64,000 nucleotides of DNA from Phoronis australis (taxonomy: Eukaryota; Animalia; Phoronida): contig NMRA01000173.1 in assembly GCA_002633005.1 (NCBI GenBank), positions 29,192 to 93,191 on the forward strand, read 5' to 3'. Under the pieces are notes generated by a model that was given only the letters and a program-made list of their open reading frames with translations, did not search any database and was not told where the DNA came from. A program made the translations under genes and the position numbers. Below, piece by piece: positions 44,401 through 55,140 of the stretch (position 1 is the first letter of the stretch; each line of letters opens with the position of its first letter).

Positions 44401-47400
44401 GAACATCACAGAACGTTGAAATGTGTCCTCAATAGCAGACCACAAACGGTGAGCTTCTATGGGTGTTTTATTACCATAAAAATGGCCATTAGATGGTGCA
44501 TAATGCGTCAAACCAACTCCAATTGAGTTGTCTCTGTAAAACACCAGTATTTGCCAAATTTCATGAAAATAAGCAAAGGAACAACATAAAAAACAATTGA
44601 CACCAAGGGGCACAACTATACTATTTGCCCAATTTCATGAAAATACATTTCTGAAATCTGAAGATAAAGAGGCAAACGTAAAAAAACATTTTGCCACAAG
44701 GGGACACACTGGTATCTGCATCAGTTCGACACTCTTAACAGTTTGCCGACAGCTCCATAGGAAATTCACAAAGCTCCTTCAAAGGGTTTAGGAGATTCGG
44801 CCAGACGCAGAAAAACAAATCACCACTAGGGGGGGGGGGCGACACAGAAGTTAGACCCATTCGAAAGTCAACATCAGTCACAACCTTCTAATGAGCAAAA
44901 CATCTGTAAATTTTTATGATGATTCTTGATTCTTTGAGCAGTATGGCAAAGAGAGGCGGATGCCAGAAAATGGATGCAAAGATAACAAAAATGTCCACAA
45001 GGAGGTGCAAAATCTGTATGAAAATAGAGCGGCATCATTGCCTCTGAATTAAAAACCTATTTCATGAATTTCAAGAAAATCCATCAAGGAACTCCGAAGA
45101 TACAGCAGCAAACGTAAAATCAAAATAAACTGCCACTGTGGGGCACAGCGGTATTCAGCTTGGTCTGAAACTCGTCATCATCAGTCATCAGCCACATAAC
45201 AACACACCTGCCAAATTTAAATAAGATCCTGCAGGGGGTTTAGAAGATACAGATGAAGACACCACACACAGGACGCCTGGATGCCAAGACAGAGAAGACC
45301 ACACCCACAAATAAATATGTGGGTGCATAAAAATCGGTCTAAGAACTCCAAAGATACAAAGACAAACGGAAAAACTGCCATTAGAAACCACAGCAGTAGT
45401 CCAATCCATCCATCTGCTGTCGATTTAATAGGAATACAACTCCAAAATTTCAAAAACATATTATAAGGGGTTTAAGAGATACAGCCTTCGATACGAAAAA
45501 ATATCACTGGAGGGGGCGCCACAGTAGTTGGACAAGTTTTGATAATCCCCGTCAGTCATGCTCTTGTCTGTAGGAACACATCTGTTGCCATTTCCATATA
45601 GGAACACATCTGTTGCCATCTCCATACAGGAAAACATCTGTTGCCATCACCATATAAGAACACATCTGTCGCCATCTCCATATAGGAACACATCTGTCGC
45701 CATCTCCATATAGGAACACATCTGTCGCCATCTCCATATAGGAACACATCTGTTGCCATCTCCATATAGGAACACATCTGTTGCAGGGCTCGACATAACG
45801 AGCTGCAGGTCGCATTTGCGACCTGAAATTTGGAAATGCGAGCTGAGATTTCCGTTGTTAACATCATATGAATACACATTCTAAATTTAGTAAAGATCCT
45901 GCGAACGGTTTAGGAGATATACGCATAGGCGCAAAAAAACAAAACTTCCAATAGGAGGTGCCACAGTAGTCGAAGTCATCAGAAAAAAAATCATCAGTCG
46001 TCCACTTCATAGTAAGAACGTAAGCACATGCCAATTTTCACAATCATTCTTTGAGCAGTTTGGTTGATAGAAGGGTGGACGCAGAAAAAATCGAAAACAG
46101 TAAAAATGGCCACTAGGTGGGGCAAACTACGTCACATCCATCCAAAAACGGGAGGATAGGGTCATCTTACTAATAGGTGCCTACATACAGAATTTTATGA
46201 AAATCCATTGAGGACTTTTGAAGATACAAAGGTAAACCTAAAAAAATAAAATTGCCACTAGGGGGCACAACGGTAGTTGGATCCATCCGAAAGTTCGCTC
46301 ATGCCGTCCCATCCACGGAAGGAACACAACTTCATGTAAATACACTTTCTAAATTAAAGATTCTGCAGCTGCTTCAGGAGATACAGTTATGGGCGCAAAA
46401 AAAGAACTGCCACTAGGAGTCGTCAGAAAATCATCCTTAACCGTCCTCTCCACACTAAGAGCATAGTACATAACAATTTCCACGATCGTCCTGAGGGTGA
46501 TTTGGTTGATAGAGGGGCGGGTGCCAAAAACAGACTAGAAAACAGTAAAAATGGCCACCGGGTGGCGCAAAATACCTCGAATCCATCTGAAAACTGGAGG
46601 GTAACGTCCATTGAGGACCTTTGAAGACATAGAGGTAAACAAAAAAAATCTAAAATTACTACTAGGAGGCCCACCGGTAGTTGAAATCATCTGAAATTTG
46701 TCGTCATCTGTCGTCAGCTTTATAGAAACACATCTGCCAAATTACATCAAGATCCTGTGAGGGCTTTAGGAGATACAGCTGCAGGCGCCAGACACTGAGA
46801 CAGAGATGACGGCAATATGCACCCACATATAAACATGTGGGTGCATAAAAACCCGACTTTTATAGTATGTGTACTAGGTAAGATAAAACAAGCCATTTCA
46901 CACAAAAGTTAAATTACTTCATCATCAGTCAAAGGGCAGTAATAGCTATGACTAATCAGGCTCAGTGGACCAGCCTTTATTACTTTATGAAAGTCTCCTA
47001 TAGTCAACCGACACATCATCACCACTTGTCAGGTTTATGAACAGCTACCTCAATAAAGGACGAGTTCCTAAAATAATCTAACAGTTCTGTCTTCCCACTG
47101 CCTATGTTCCCTTCAATGGAGATCTGTAAAACAAAAACAAAAACAAAAATGAATGACTGTTCAGTAGGATTGTAGAGGCTTTGGCTAGCCGCAGCTCTAG
47201 CACCACTCGTCCACTGCAGTCAGTTTAACACCCAACAGCTAGATGGCAGCACTCATACACAGGAGCCAGTTCAATACACAACGACAGCTCTAGCACCACT
47301 CGTCCACTGCAGTCAGTTTAACACCCAACAGCTAGATGGCAGCACTCATACACAGGAGACAGTTCAATACACAACGACAGCTCTAGCACCACTCGTCCAC

Positions 47401-50400
47401 TGTAGTCAGTTTAACACCCAACAGCTAGATGGCAACACCCATGCACAGAAAACAGTTCAACACACGACAGCTCTGTAGTCAGTTTAACACCCAACATAAT
47501 TTGAATTGAAAAGGCATGATCTTCTGACCCTGAAATAACAAATCAAAATCAATTTTATGAGATATAAATTAATTCCTATTAGTTTCAACGTTACACAAAA
47601 CTTAAAACACAAAAAATTATTTTACCGTGCATTTCCTTCTAGAAAACAGCGGAGACACCAAGGATATGTAGGATTCTGCAAAATATATTAAGAAAATAAA
47701 ATCATTTCTGTCAAGTTCACTTATCTACAAATACAAATGTCAAGTCCATTTATCTACAAAAATAAAAGTTAAGTTCAAATGCTAGAACATAAGACATTGC
47801 AGGTGTTTCTTCACCAACTATTACATAATTTTGACAGGTCGAACAAACTTGGTTTTATGTTAAACATTTTTAAACTAAAAATGTTTAATATAAGGCAACT
47901 TCCAAATTGATTTTTAGATCCAGCTGCTATGAATGTAGGTTGGTGTTGTCTCGTCTTTCATATTGTCTCGTCATATGTCTTGTTCATCTGCTAGTTTAGT
48001 TTTTGTTAGTGGCCGGATTTTGTATGTGTTGTCACGTGACTGGGGCATGATGGAAACGGGCAGGCTGTCTTGTTTCGTCCTGCAATGGGCAAGTTCATCA
48101 CTGTCATTGAATTAACAATCCCTTGGGACAACTGTGAAGAAGCATACGAGAGGAAGAAAGCTAGGTACACAGAGGTAACGGAATCTTGTAAAGGTCAGGG
48201 CTGGCGAACATGGCCATTTCCAGTAGAAGTTGGGTGTAGGGGTTTTCCTGCACTCACCATCGCGAATGTTCCAGGCTCTTGGCATTAGTGGAAAGAAAGG
48301 GAAGAAAGATATACTCATAGATTGGGCGAAGAAGCAGGGAAAGCATTGTGCAAGATCAGAACCAGTTTGGAGGCTGTATTTCGATACACAGTGATTGGCC
48401 ATCACTGTGCACCCGCCACCGGAGCTACTTATTGATTTAGGGCCAAAACTTGTTAAGAAGTTGGATATCCATCAGATGATGTCAACATGAAAAATTTAAG
48501 AAACAACGCCAACAACGAACATCAACCACCATAGACCAACCCCAGAATAACAAACCAAGAGATCAGCAATGTTGTATCTGGAGGTGGGGGAGTCTTTCAA
48601 TCTTTGATCTCCATCAGTTTCCAAAGCAAGTTAGTAAACTTAACACGGCAACTTGGGTTCATCTAGACAAAGGGCTATGTTTCATGTCTTCTCATTTTGC
48701 TTGACACCATTTGAAAGCCCAGGAAAAATGTTTTTACACAGTCACAGAGTAAGTTTCGCAGAAATATCACGGCAGTGCAAAATATGGTAAAAAGTGTAAA
48801 AATTTTTAACTATGTCCAGCATGAACTATCCTAAGTGTGAAGGAAAACCTTAAAGGGGAAGGCAATCTTTTTTGTGTCATTTTTAGTAAAAATACAGTTT
48901 GTTGATTATCCCAGACATATGCTTCAGTTAATCACGGCTCTTTGTAATTTTATTAATTAATCGTGCACTACTCCGGAAGTGACGTTTAGAGGGTTAAGAA
49001 TTTACCGCCATTTCGTTTCTAGTGAGTTCGAGTTTCTGTGAGGATCTGTTCTACTGTTGTTTTTGTGCTGGTCTCCTAAAATTGTCGTCACTTCTCATTG
49101 ATTAATATTCTACAACAAACTAGTTTGCTACAGAACTCAATTACGTTGGATTTAGGAATCTGTTAGATTGTAGCAGCAGAGGGTGGATATATGTTTGAGC
49201 CCGAGTATAGTGAGCCAAGTGAGGGAGAATAAAGACACCTGTTGGAAGGATGAGCCAGAGACTGGGGACAGACGTGGTGCGACGTCTTTGTGCAAATGCA
49301 AGCTGTGAAATGTTATGCCGACTTCAGTGGAATACCTATGCTGTTCCCGCTGGATGGTGACCTGAGCACCCAAACTGCTTACATCCAGCCGTGTGATTCC
49401 TTTGCCACACACTTGGCACCTTCTAAATAGCTCCAATATTTTAGTCCACAATAAACTTGGCTCAACGGCCTGACCACTGGACAACGAACTGTCTTAAAGT
49501 CCTGGTCTAACACGTTGTTAACCTTTATTACATGGTTAGAGGATGTTATAAGGATCCAAGAAGTACCTACCCCATAACTAATACACAATCCATAATCGAA
49601 CAAAGCTTAAATAAACGTGCCACTCACGACTTGCACCAGAAGAGCACACCGCCATTTTGAACTTACCGCGAACCCGGAAGTACAATTCATTCAGGAACCC
49701 AGGCTAAGAAAATGCCGTCAGCGCGACTGGAGCAGTGCCTGTTACCAGCCTTCAAACGGGGATAAAATAATCGACAGCGCGCCTTAATGTTAATAAAATC
49801 AAAACATGGAAAATTTTATCGAATTTGCTGAAGAAATGTAGCAAATAAATTATTTTGCCGGACTCGGTGCGGATCGAGACCAGACACTGGCGAACAGTAA
49901 AGGCATGCAGTAGCAAGCTGTTTTGTCATAGTATAATGTTCAAATCATAAATGCAGTATTTATTCAAAGGTAGTTTCAGACACTAGCATAAAATTACGGG
50001 CTGGTTAGTCCTGTGTCACACTAACGCGGCAGCCCTTAGCTAGAATCAGTGCCAGCTACCAGTATGAAGACTATCGTCAAAATACAGCTTGTTAGTAGGC
50101 CTATACAGCTTTGCGCCAAGGCTAACCTTAGGCCTACCTGGTCCCTGGCCACAGTGCTCGCTCAAACGAGGTTTATTTAAAACTTGGGGTCTTCTGGCGA
50201 ACTGTGCAAAGTTGTTGGCTTTCAACAGAGATTTGCCCAGACTTTGCGTGAGCGCCCCAAGCCTAAAATATGGGGGTTGGAATTTTTGGGAATGTCTACC
50301 TTTTACTATAAGATTCACTGGATGAGTTCAGAGCTATGAATTGCAGACGCTAAATTTTGGTACTTCCTGTCTTCTAGTGGACTTTTGTCTCGTTTTCTAC

Positions 50401-50705
50401 TTTTTTCGGAGTTCTTGCTTCTCTGACTGAGGCACACCTTTTTCCATTTCTCCAAATAGGGGGCTCGTTCGAGCACATAAGTATGACAAGTCCAATACAA
50501 AATGTTATCATTTTTTATTCATTAAGCCAAAATGATTCAACCTTTTACCATAATTAGCTACTTAGAATGCACAGTACTTTACAACCTTTAACCATTACAA
50601 ACACTATCCATCAGCACAAGTTTCCATGATATGAAAGTGGACATATATGTAACTATTACCATGGTGACCGAATAGTGTTTCCTTACACCAGAATTTGACA
50701 AGCAT
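26341..50705 (-). CDS. TK2: Thymidine kinase 2, mitochondrial-type (deoxynucleoside kinase family), complete multi-exon gene
   Basis: Exons in transcript order 50705-50660, 47675-47626, 47123-47049, 44010-43957, 39744-39655, 35859-35786, 32096-32008, 31193-31114, 27884-27807, 26427-26341; all phases compatible. Contains the P-loop [41 protein letters not shown] motif and lid [10 protein letters not shown]. Confidence 0.93.
26685..26945. repeat. ~27-bp minisatellite (ACTTTACACTATACAATACCATGATG-like)
   Basis: About 9 imperfect copies in the last TK2 intron. Confidence 0.85.
27322..27436. repeat. 22-bp tandem repeat x5 directly after a tRNA-like SINE head (27270-27325)
   Basis: GATTGGCAGAGCTAGTAAGTTG; upstream AGCTCAGTGG A-box and GCTTCGATT B-box-like. 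Confidence 0.85.
27807..27884 (-). CDS. TK2: TK2 exon ([26 protein letters not shown])
   Basis: EYL..LH..HE.WL motif; inside ORF 27720-27962. Confidence 0.94.
28070..28890. mobile_element. PIF/Harbinger-type MITE
   Basis: ~35-bp TIRs GGGCTGTTCCAG.AAAATC.GT.TGGG.GGGGG; TTA on both flanks. Confidence 0.8.
29575..30243. mobile_element. Partial DNA transposon with GCGACCT subterminal repeats, related to 40145-43102
   Basis: Clusters of ttggcgacct/ggtcgcca at both ends; right end ...cgtcaagtgctg. Confidence 0.5.
30650..30965. repeat. 26-bp minisatellite, ~10-12 copies
   Basis: CATGCCAACAGTCACATCATACAAAC. Confidence 0.93.
31114..31193 (-). CDS. TK2: TK2 lid exon ([26 protein letters not shown])
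   Basis: Lid motif R..R.R.EE; canonical splice sites. Confidence 0.94.
32008..32096 (-). CDS. TK2: TK2 exon ([29 protein letters not shown])
   Basis: Matches recalled GKMPEVDYVVLSEWFDWI; canonical splice sites. Confidence 0.94.
32120..35460 (+). mobile_element. Degraded Tx1/L1-clade LINE ORF2, interrupted by HINE copy 2
   Basis: Frameshifted RT motifs LIYDIM...[30 protein letters not shown], and C..C...[10 protein letters not shown]; C-terminus resumes at ~35320 ([10 protein letters not shown]) before a (TG)n tract. Confidence 0.75.
33617..35316 (+). mobile_element. Helentron/HINE-like element with ~440-bp internal repeat, copy 2 (best preserved)
   Basis: ACAAGAGCAGCGTGGAGCGTTGAAATG start; 3' hairpin CCACATATAAATATGTGG then ATAAAAA; preceded by GACG/GACA microsatellite-like run. 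Confidence 0.75.
35786..35859 (-). CDS. TK2: TK2 exon ([24 protein letters not shown])
   Basis: Catalytic ERS motif; canonical splice sites. Confidence 0.94.
35857..36000 (-). repeat. 47-bp tandem triplication of a TK2 splice acceptor
   Basis: CACCTA units at 35857, 35904, 35951 (minus strand TAG|GTG). Confidence 0.8.
36140..36465. repeat. ~42/50-bp composite minisatellite, ~7 copies
   Basis: CACAGCGTTGTGTATCAACAGACTCTGCAGATAGACAGCC core. Confidence 0.9.
36484..37490. mobile_element. Penelope-like element remnant with ~95-bp inverted termini and internal inversion
   Basis: [32 protein letters not shown] on + (37060-37320); upstream linker [19 protein letters not shown] on - (36830-36960); 36484-36578 is the reverse complement of 37395-37490. 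Confidence 0.8.
37855..39453. mobile_element. Non-autonomous Kolobok DNA transposon
   Basis: TTAA-AGGAGAATGCCACC ... GGTGGCATTCTCCT-TTAA (14-bp perfect TIR, TTAA TSD); internal GYLFEPE remnant at ~38966. Confidence 0.85.
39490..39615. repeat. 15-bp palindrome-containing tandem repeat (TCACACTGCAGTGAW) x~8
   Basis: Alternating GAAT/GATT variants, 40 nt from a TK2 donor. Confidence 0.92.
39655..39744 (-). CDS. TK2: TK2 exon ([30 protein letters not shown])
   Basis: Substrate-binding motif; canonical splice sites. Confidence 0.94.
39942..40144. repeat. ~60-bp tandem repeat interrupted by a DNA transposon (resumes 43103-43155)
   Basis: tcaagactaggtcctacaagttggtttgtcactgcaggtcatattatgccatgaaca units. 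Confidence 0.85.
40145..43102. mobile_element. ~3-kb non-autonomous TIR DNA transposon
   Basis: C(G/A)GGGCTCGAC...GTCGAGCTCTG termini, TACAA on both flanks, subterminal GCGACCT repeats; a second 5' end copy at 45784-45850. Confidence 0.75.
43957..44010 (-). CDS. TK2: TK2 exon ([18 protein letters not shown])
   Basis: EPV..WRNV.GHN motif; canonical splice sites. Confidence 0.93.
44395..46850 (+). mobile_element. Helentron/HINE-like element, copy 3 (compound: internal 3' hairpin at ~45300-45332)
   Basis: AACAAGA...CGTTGAAATGTG start; terminal hairpin ATGCACCCACAT-ATAAAC-ATGTGGGTGCAT then AAAA. Confidence 0.75.
45570..45783. repeat. 28-bp minisatellite x~8 expanded from HINE internal sequence
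   Basis: ATAGGAACACATCTGTTGCCATCTCCAT. Confidence 0.9.
47049..47123 (-). CDS. TK2: TK2 P-loop exon ([25 protein letters not shown])
   Basis: Walker A of dNK family; canonical splice sites. Confidence 0.95.
47192..47495. repeat. 93-bp tandem repeat x3 plus partial copy
   Basis: CAGCTCTAGCACCACTCGTCC starts at 47192, 47285, 47378. Confidence 0.92.
47626..47675 (-). CDS. TK2: TK2 exon ([16 protein letters not shown])
   Basis: ttttgcag acceptor, ACG|gtaaaa donor, in frame with the P-loop exon. Confidence 0.65.
48080..48480 (+). mobile_element. Second Hero/R2-group endonuclease remnant
   Basis: [47 protein letters not shown]. Confidence 0.75.
48850..49700. mobile_element. Kolobok-like remnant with Cys-rich accessory ORF fragment
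   Basis: TTAA-AGGGG terminus at 48850; + strand GYMFEPE...[17 protein letters not shown] (P2X7-C-terminus-like motif seen in Kolobok accessory proteins); other end not found. Confidence 0.5.
50660..50705 (-). CDS. TK2: TK2 probable first coding exon part ([15 protein letters not shown]); exon probably extends as 5'UTR to 50822
   Basis: Acceptor ttcag adjoining 50822 and G|gtaata donor of the phase required by the next exon; weak homology. Confidence 0.5.
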
Positions 50706-52228
50706 GATTTAAAAAATATGAAGTTGCAAAGAACAAGAATTGGAGGCTTGAAGCTTCACAAATCACAATACAACATAGCTTATTTCTCAAATTTAGATTC
50801 TTCATCTTGTTGACTTGATAACCTGAATTAAGAAAGCAATAAGTTACAAAACATGACTTGAAAGCAATTTAAACTTAAAATTTAGAATAATATGAATCAT
50901 TTTGTGAACCTAATCAACCCTTGAACAGCAGTTGACAGTCAAACAAAAAACCATTTCAAAATTATTTTTTTAGCTTAGTGTAAGATCACCTGAATGTGAA
51001 ATTTATTCGAATATATCTTATATTTTTGCACCAAAAAACACAAAAATTGAACAAAGTTCCTTTTTTGTAACGTTTGTCAAAATGTATTAACGGTAAATCT
51101 TCACAAATTACACAGTAACAGGTTGAACATGCCTTCCAATTCAGCAAAAGTCGCCATGTTGTCGGTGCCGCCAGAAATGAGACTAAGTCCAACGGGAATT
51201 GTAAGCACATTTATCACTTAATAAGTAACAACTGCGAGGCTGAAATTTGGTGAAAACTTTTGAATCGTGCAGAATAGTAAGTAAAGATATGTCTCACTAA
51301 GTTTCACCGTAAATTGTTGGCGACAACAATTTACAAATAGTTTAAAACTCGTAACTTATCTTGCTATCCTCCAATATGGCCGACGCGATCTAAACAAAGT
51401 GACCCAAATTTCGTCACAGAAATTGCAATAACTTTACACTGCTTGCCCCGATTTTGATACTTTTTCGATTTTTACAAAGTAGAATGCACTACCTTTCCGA
51501 TGATAGCAAAGTACTTTTTCAAAATAAAAAAAATCAAAACAAAAAAAAATTGGTTCGACTCATATTGGTTCCTAAGTTCGACCGGCCTACGTAAGGAACT
51601 AAACACCAATGCTATTTTAACATAATAAGTACGCGTAACATTCAAAAAAACATCAACGACCACAAACTACAAACTACAAATACATCACACATGCAAACGA
51701 ATCAGGATATATTACTAATAAAACAAAATAATGAAGACTTTTTGAGCAAGCGAAAGCACATTCAGTTACAAGGAAAAAATGGCGGCGTTCACGACAAGTT
51801 TCTGAACTGACGAGCAGGAAATATGGATACGGAAATAACTGATGACAGCCGGTAATTATACGCTCACAGAGAAGGGTTAAATACGGATAAAAAATCGCTT
51901 TTGGCACGAAAGGTGAAAAGAATATTAAGAAAGGGTATCAAAAATAAGGTTTTATTTAGAAAGTATTTTCGGATACTGGAACCACATAGGCATTTTGAGA
52001 CAAGGACTTTAACCACTGGGTGTCGAACTTGGCCAGTACTGACTTCCACTACTCAACATCGCTGCAGGGCTGCTTACAGACTCTGGGCTGGAGAAAACAC
52101 TAACACAGGGACAATAATTTCTAGTTCCCGGAATTGCACGCTCTAGGGTACGTTCGGAGGCACGGGTGACAGTAGACAAAGCCCCTCCATTCACTGTAGA
52201 GGCCACAGCTCGCAAGGCTACTCACTTC

Positions 52229-53085
52229 AACAAGAGCAACGCGGAGTGTTGAAATGTGCCCACGAATGCACCGCAAACAGTGTGCTTCTGGGGTAGTCTA
52301 TTTGTTTCATATAAATAGCCACTAGATGGCGCAAAAATATCCAATCCATTTGAAAGTGGGTATATACCATCGCTTCTTTAATAGAAAGCTATTTACCAAA
52401 TTTCATAAAAATCTGTCAAGGACAGATAATAATGAAATTTTAAACAAAGCAAATCCCCAGTGTGTTGCCACTCTCTCCTGCACCAATGTTATCTTTGGCT
52501 TTCTTGAAAAAAGGATAATTTTAAAAACATTGTTTAATTATTTGGTAAACAGTTTATTTATACGCAAAAGTTTGGATCAAAAAGATTACTTCTAAGCAGA
52601 TTTTTTTAACTTCATCAAACAAAATCATGAGTGAAAAGTGTAGTGCTCGTAAGGATTTGAATTCAGAATTAGTAGCAGTGCTACTAGTATGGGGCACACC
52701 GGTAGTCAGATCTGTCCGAAAGTCGTCATTGTATCCATTGTCGACATCAAAAAAATAATACATTTGCAAAATTTAGTAAAGATCCTGCCAACGGTTTAGG
52801 AGATAGAGCCATGAGTGCAAAAAATGCCACTAGGAGGCGCCACAGTAGTCGAAATTGTCAGGAAATCATTGTCAGCTGCCCTCTTCATAGACATAGTAAG
52901 AACATACATGCCAATTTTCACAATTGACCTGAAAGCAGTTTGGTTGATAGATGAGTGGACGCCGAAAAGCTTCTGGTGTATGAAGCGCCTACAGGAGCTC
53001 CTCCGTCCCACAGGTGTCCTCAGCTTTTGATCCTCCACAATACACTACTCGGGAACCCAATGGTCGTCCGCCTAAGCATAAAACC
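52229..53085 (+). mobile_element. Helentron/HINE-like element, copy 4 (short, different 3' end)
   Basis: AACAAGAGCAACGCGGAGTGTTGAAATGTG start, GCCACTAG motifs; 3' part GCCGAAAAGCTTC...TATGAAGCGCCTA also present at 56285-56330. Confidence 0.65.
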
Positions 53086-53691
53086 GACTTGCTGTTGTAC
53101 TCACCGAATTATTCCACTTCAAAGTTATGATCTGAATAGGATTCGATTTAACTCTCACAGATATACCGCATTCATCGATTCGGAAGTTTTCTTTAATTTG
53201 TGCCGAGTTATTTCAAATGTGCACTGCCTTCGGCAGCCATTTTATTGTGACACCTAAGGTCGTCATATGCTGCCCCCTTTTGTAAAAACTGAGAAACATG
53301 CAGAAAAAGGCCAACGAAGTAATGAAAATTGCAACAGCCTGTTTTTATTGACATAAACTCGATTTGAAGCTTTGATGTTGAGCTCTGCACTGTGGTTTCC
53401 AATAAAAGCCAATTGGACAACATTTCAATGCAGTTTAATGGTGAATGCGTGAGGCAAAAATGTTAAGAACCCAGCGTATCGCATTTGTCTGCGGATTTTT
53501 CCTTTGGCCTTCTAGATCCTACTAGTGCCTGGGACAAACAGATACATTGCATAAACAAACCCTGGATCATGTTTTGTGTCCCGTCGGAAGAAAATTTAAA
53601 TTCGAAAACATCTTCTGAAAACGCACAAAAAAGTGTATTAGTAAAATCTACTGATTTTTAAGTGGTTTTAAAAAACAATCGGTAAACTCAC

Positions 53692-55000
53692 CGATTTTTG
53701 TCTCATTACTTTGATACGTGTCTCTTCCGATAAGTTAGTACCTAACGTGCACACGAGCACTCCAAATTGGAACGCTAAGTCCCGCGTGGTTGCGCTGCAC
53801 GCGAAACAAGATGGCGGACGACCTTTGGAGCCTGACGACAATAGGTAACCGGACTATACAATACGTATGGTCCTTGACCTCGAACCGACAACGTGCAAAG
53901 TGCGTCTGGGCTTTTTGGGAACATTTTTGTGCTAAGCTTTGACAGCGAATTTCTTGCGAACTCGCTGGAGCAGGACACCGTGAATGGTATTATAGAAAAA
54001 ACAATTTCCCATGGTTTGTTGAACTCTGTCTCTGGTTTCGTGTTATGTGTTTGATATGGACAGCTGAATCGAAGAACCCGTGGAATTTCTAGTCCTGAGT
54101 GTCATACCTTGTAGTATTATATGTAGTGTATTGGGAAACGATCAGCTGAGGACGCCTGTTTATCTAACTACATTCATGTTTCCGCTTCTTCAATTACTTG
54201 TCTTGTAAAATCTCATTGAAGTCTTGTGAAGAAGTCTAAGCCCATTGTCTACCTAAGCTAAATAAACAATTTCAAAACTTACGCAAATGGTTAAAAAGTG
54301 AAGAACACGCCGTCAACATCGTGGTTCGCGACCTCTCACTGCCTCTCGCAAACCCTATCAAGACAGCTTTCGATGTGGTTATCATTCGTTTTCTTTTACC
54401 GTATTTCGTGCACCTATTAAACAAGCCACAGCATGCTCAAAAAGAGTTATCCAATAGCAGAAACCTTTTACGACAAGTGCTGTCCTTTGTCCTCAATGGT
54501 TCCCTGCATGTCCGCTAGGGAGCATGAGGGGAAGCCCTAACCTGAGCGTGCCGCTAGGACCTACGCTGGGACCTAGCTAAAATCTAACATAAGTCACGTG
54601 TTTTTATTTAAAATACACAGCAATATCTTACGTTATCTCGCGTTATTTTGCTTTTTTAGCGAGGACCTAGTGTTACTGAACGGGAGGCTGGTTCCCGGGC
54701 CTCACACGGTGACGTCACCCTAACCAATTTGGAGGGTATGTGCAGGAGACAAGGGGAGTCAATGAGATGAGATATCTCACTCGCTGGTTCCCTGCGTGCC
54801 TGGCCACCTCGCGTGGTTACCGACGACCTGGCAGCATACATTCTATCACAGTGCTGAACGAAAGTATAGGTGGCGCTGTGTCAGAGGGTAGTTTATCTCA
54901 TTGCTGGAAGCGACAGCCCAAGTAGGTCAACAGGTCAGTATTTGTTGAAAGGTCGCTGTTGAGCAAACAGATAAGACTTCTCGGTCCACGGCATGAAACG
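53692..55000. promoter_or_regulatory. CpG-rich shared (bidirectional) promoter region of TK2 (-) and DHRS4 (+)
   Basis: Head-to-head genes. Contains YY1-type CAAGATGGCGG (53807), E-box GTCACGTG (54593), CRE TGACGTCA (54710) and CCAAT (54725). A minus-strand donor gtgagt at 53691 would close a non-coding TK2 exon 1. Confidence 0.6.
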
Positions 55001-55140
55001 ATGTATAGATGTGTTTCTAAATGCACGAGTCCAGCGTGGGGTGCATTGAACTATTTAAGATTGAACCTAGTGAACTCAAGGACGATGGGCACTAAAAAAT
55101 TGGATGGCAAGGTGGCGATTGTCACAGCCTCAACCGATGG
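55001..55140 (+). CDS. DHRS4: DHRS4 exon 1 (MYRCVSK...[19 protein letters not shown])
   Basis: In-frame ATGs at 55001 and 55085; GG|gtatgt donor. Confidence 0.88.

Noticed and set aside
50681-50690. Stronger-looking TK2 donor gtaagg
   Set aside because: Splicing to the 47675 acceptor would create an in-frame TAA.
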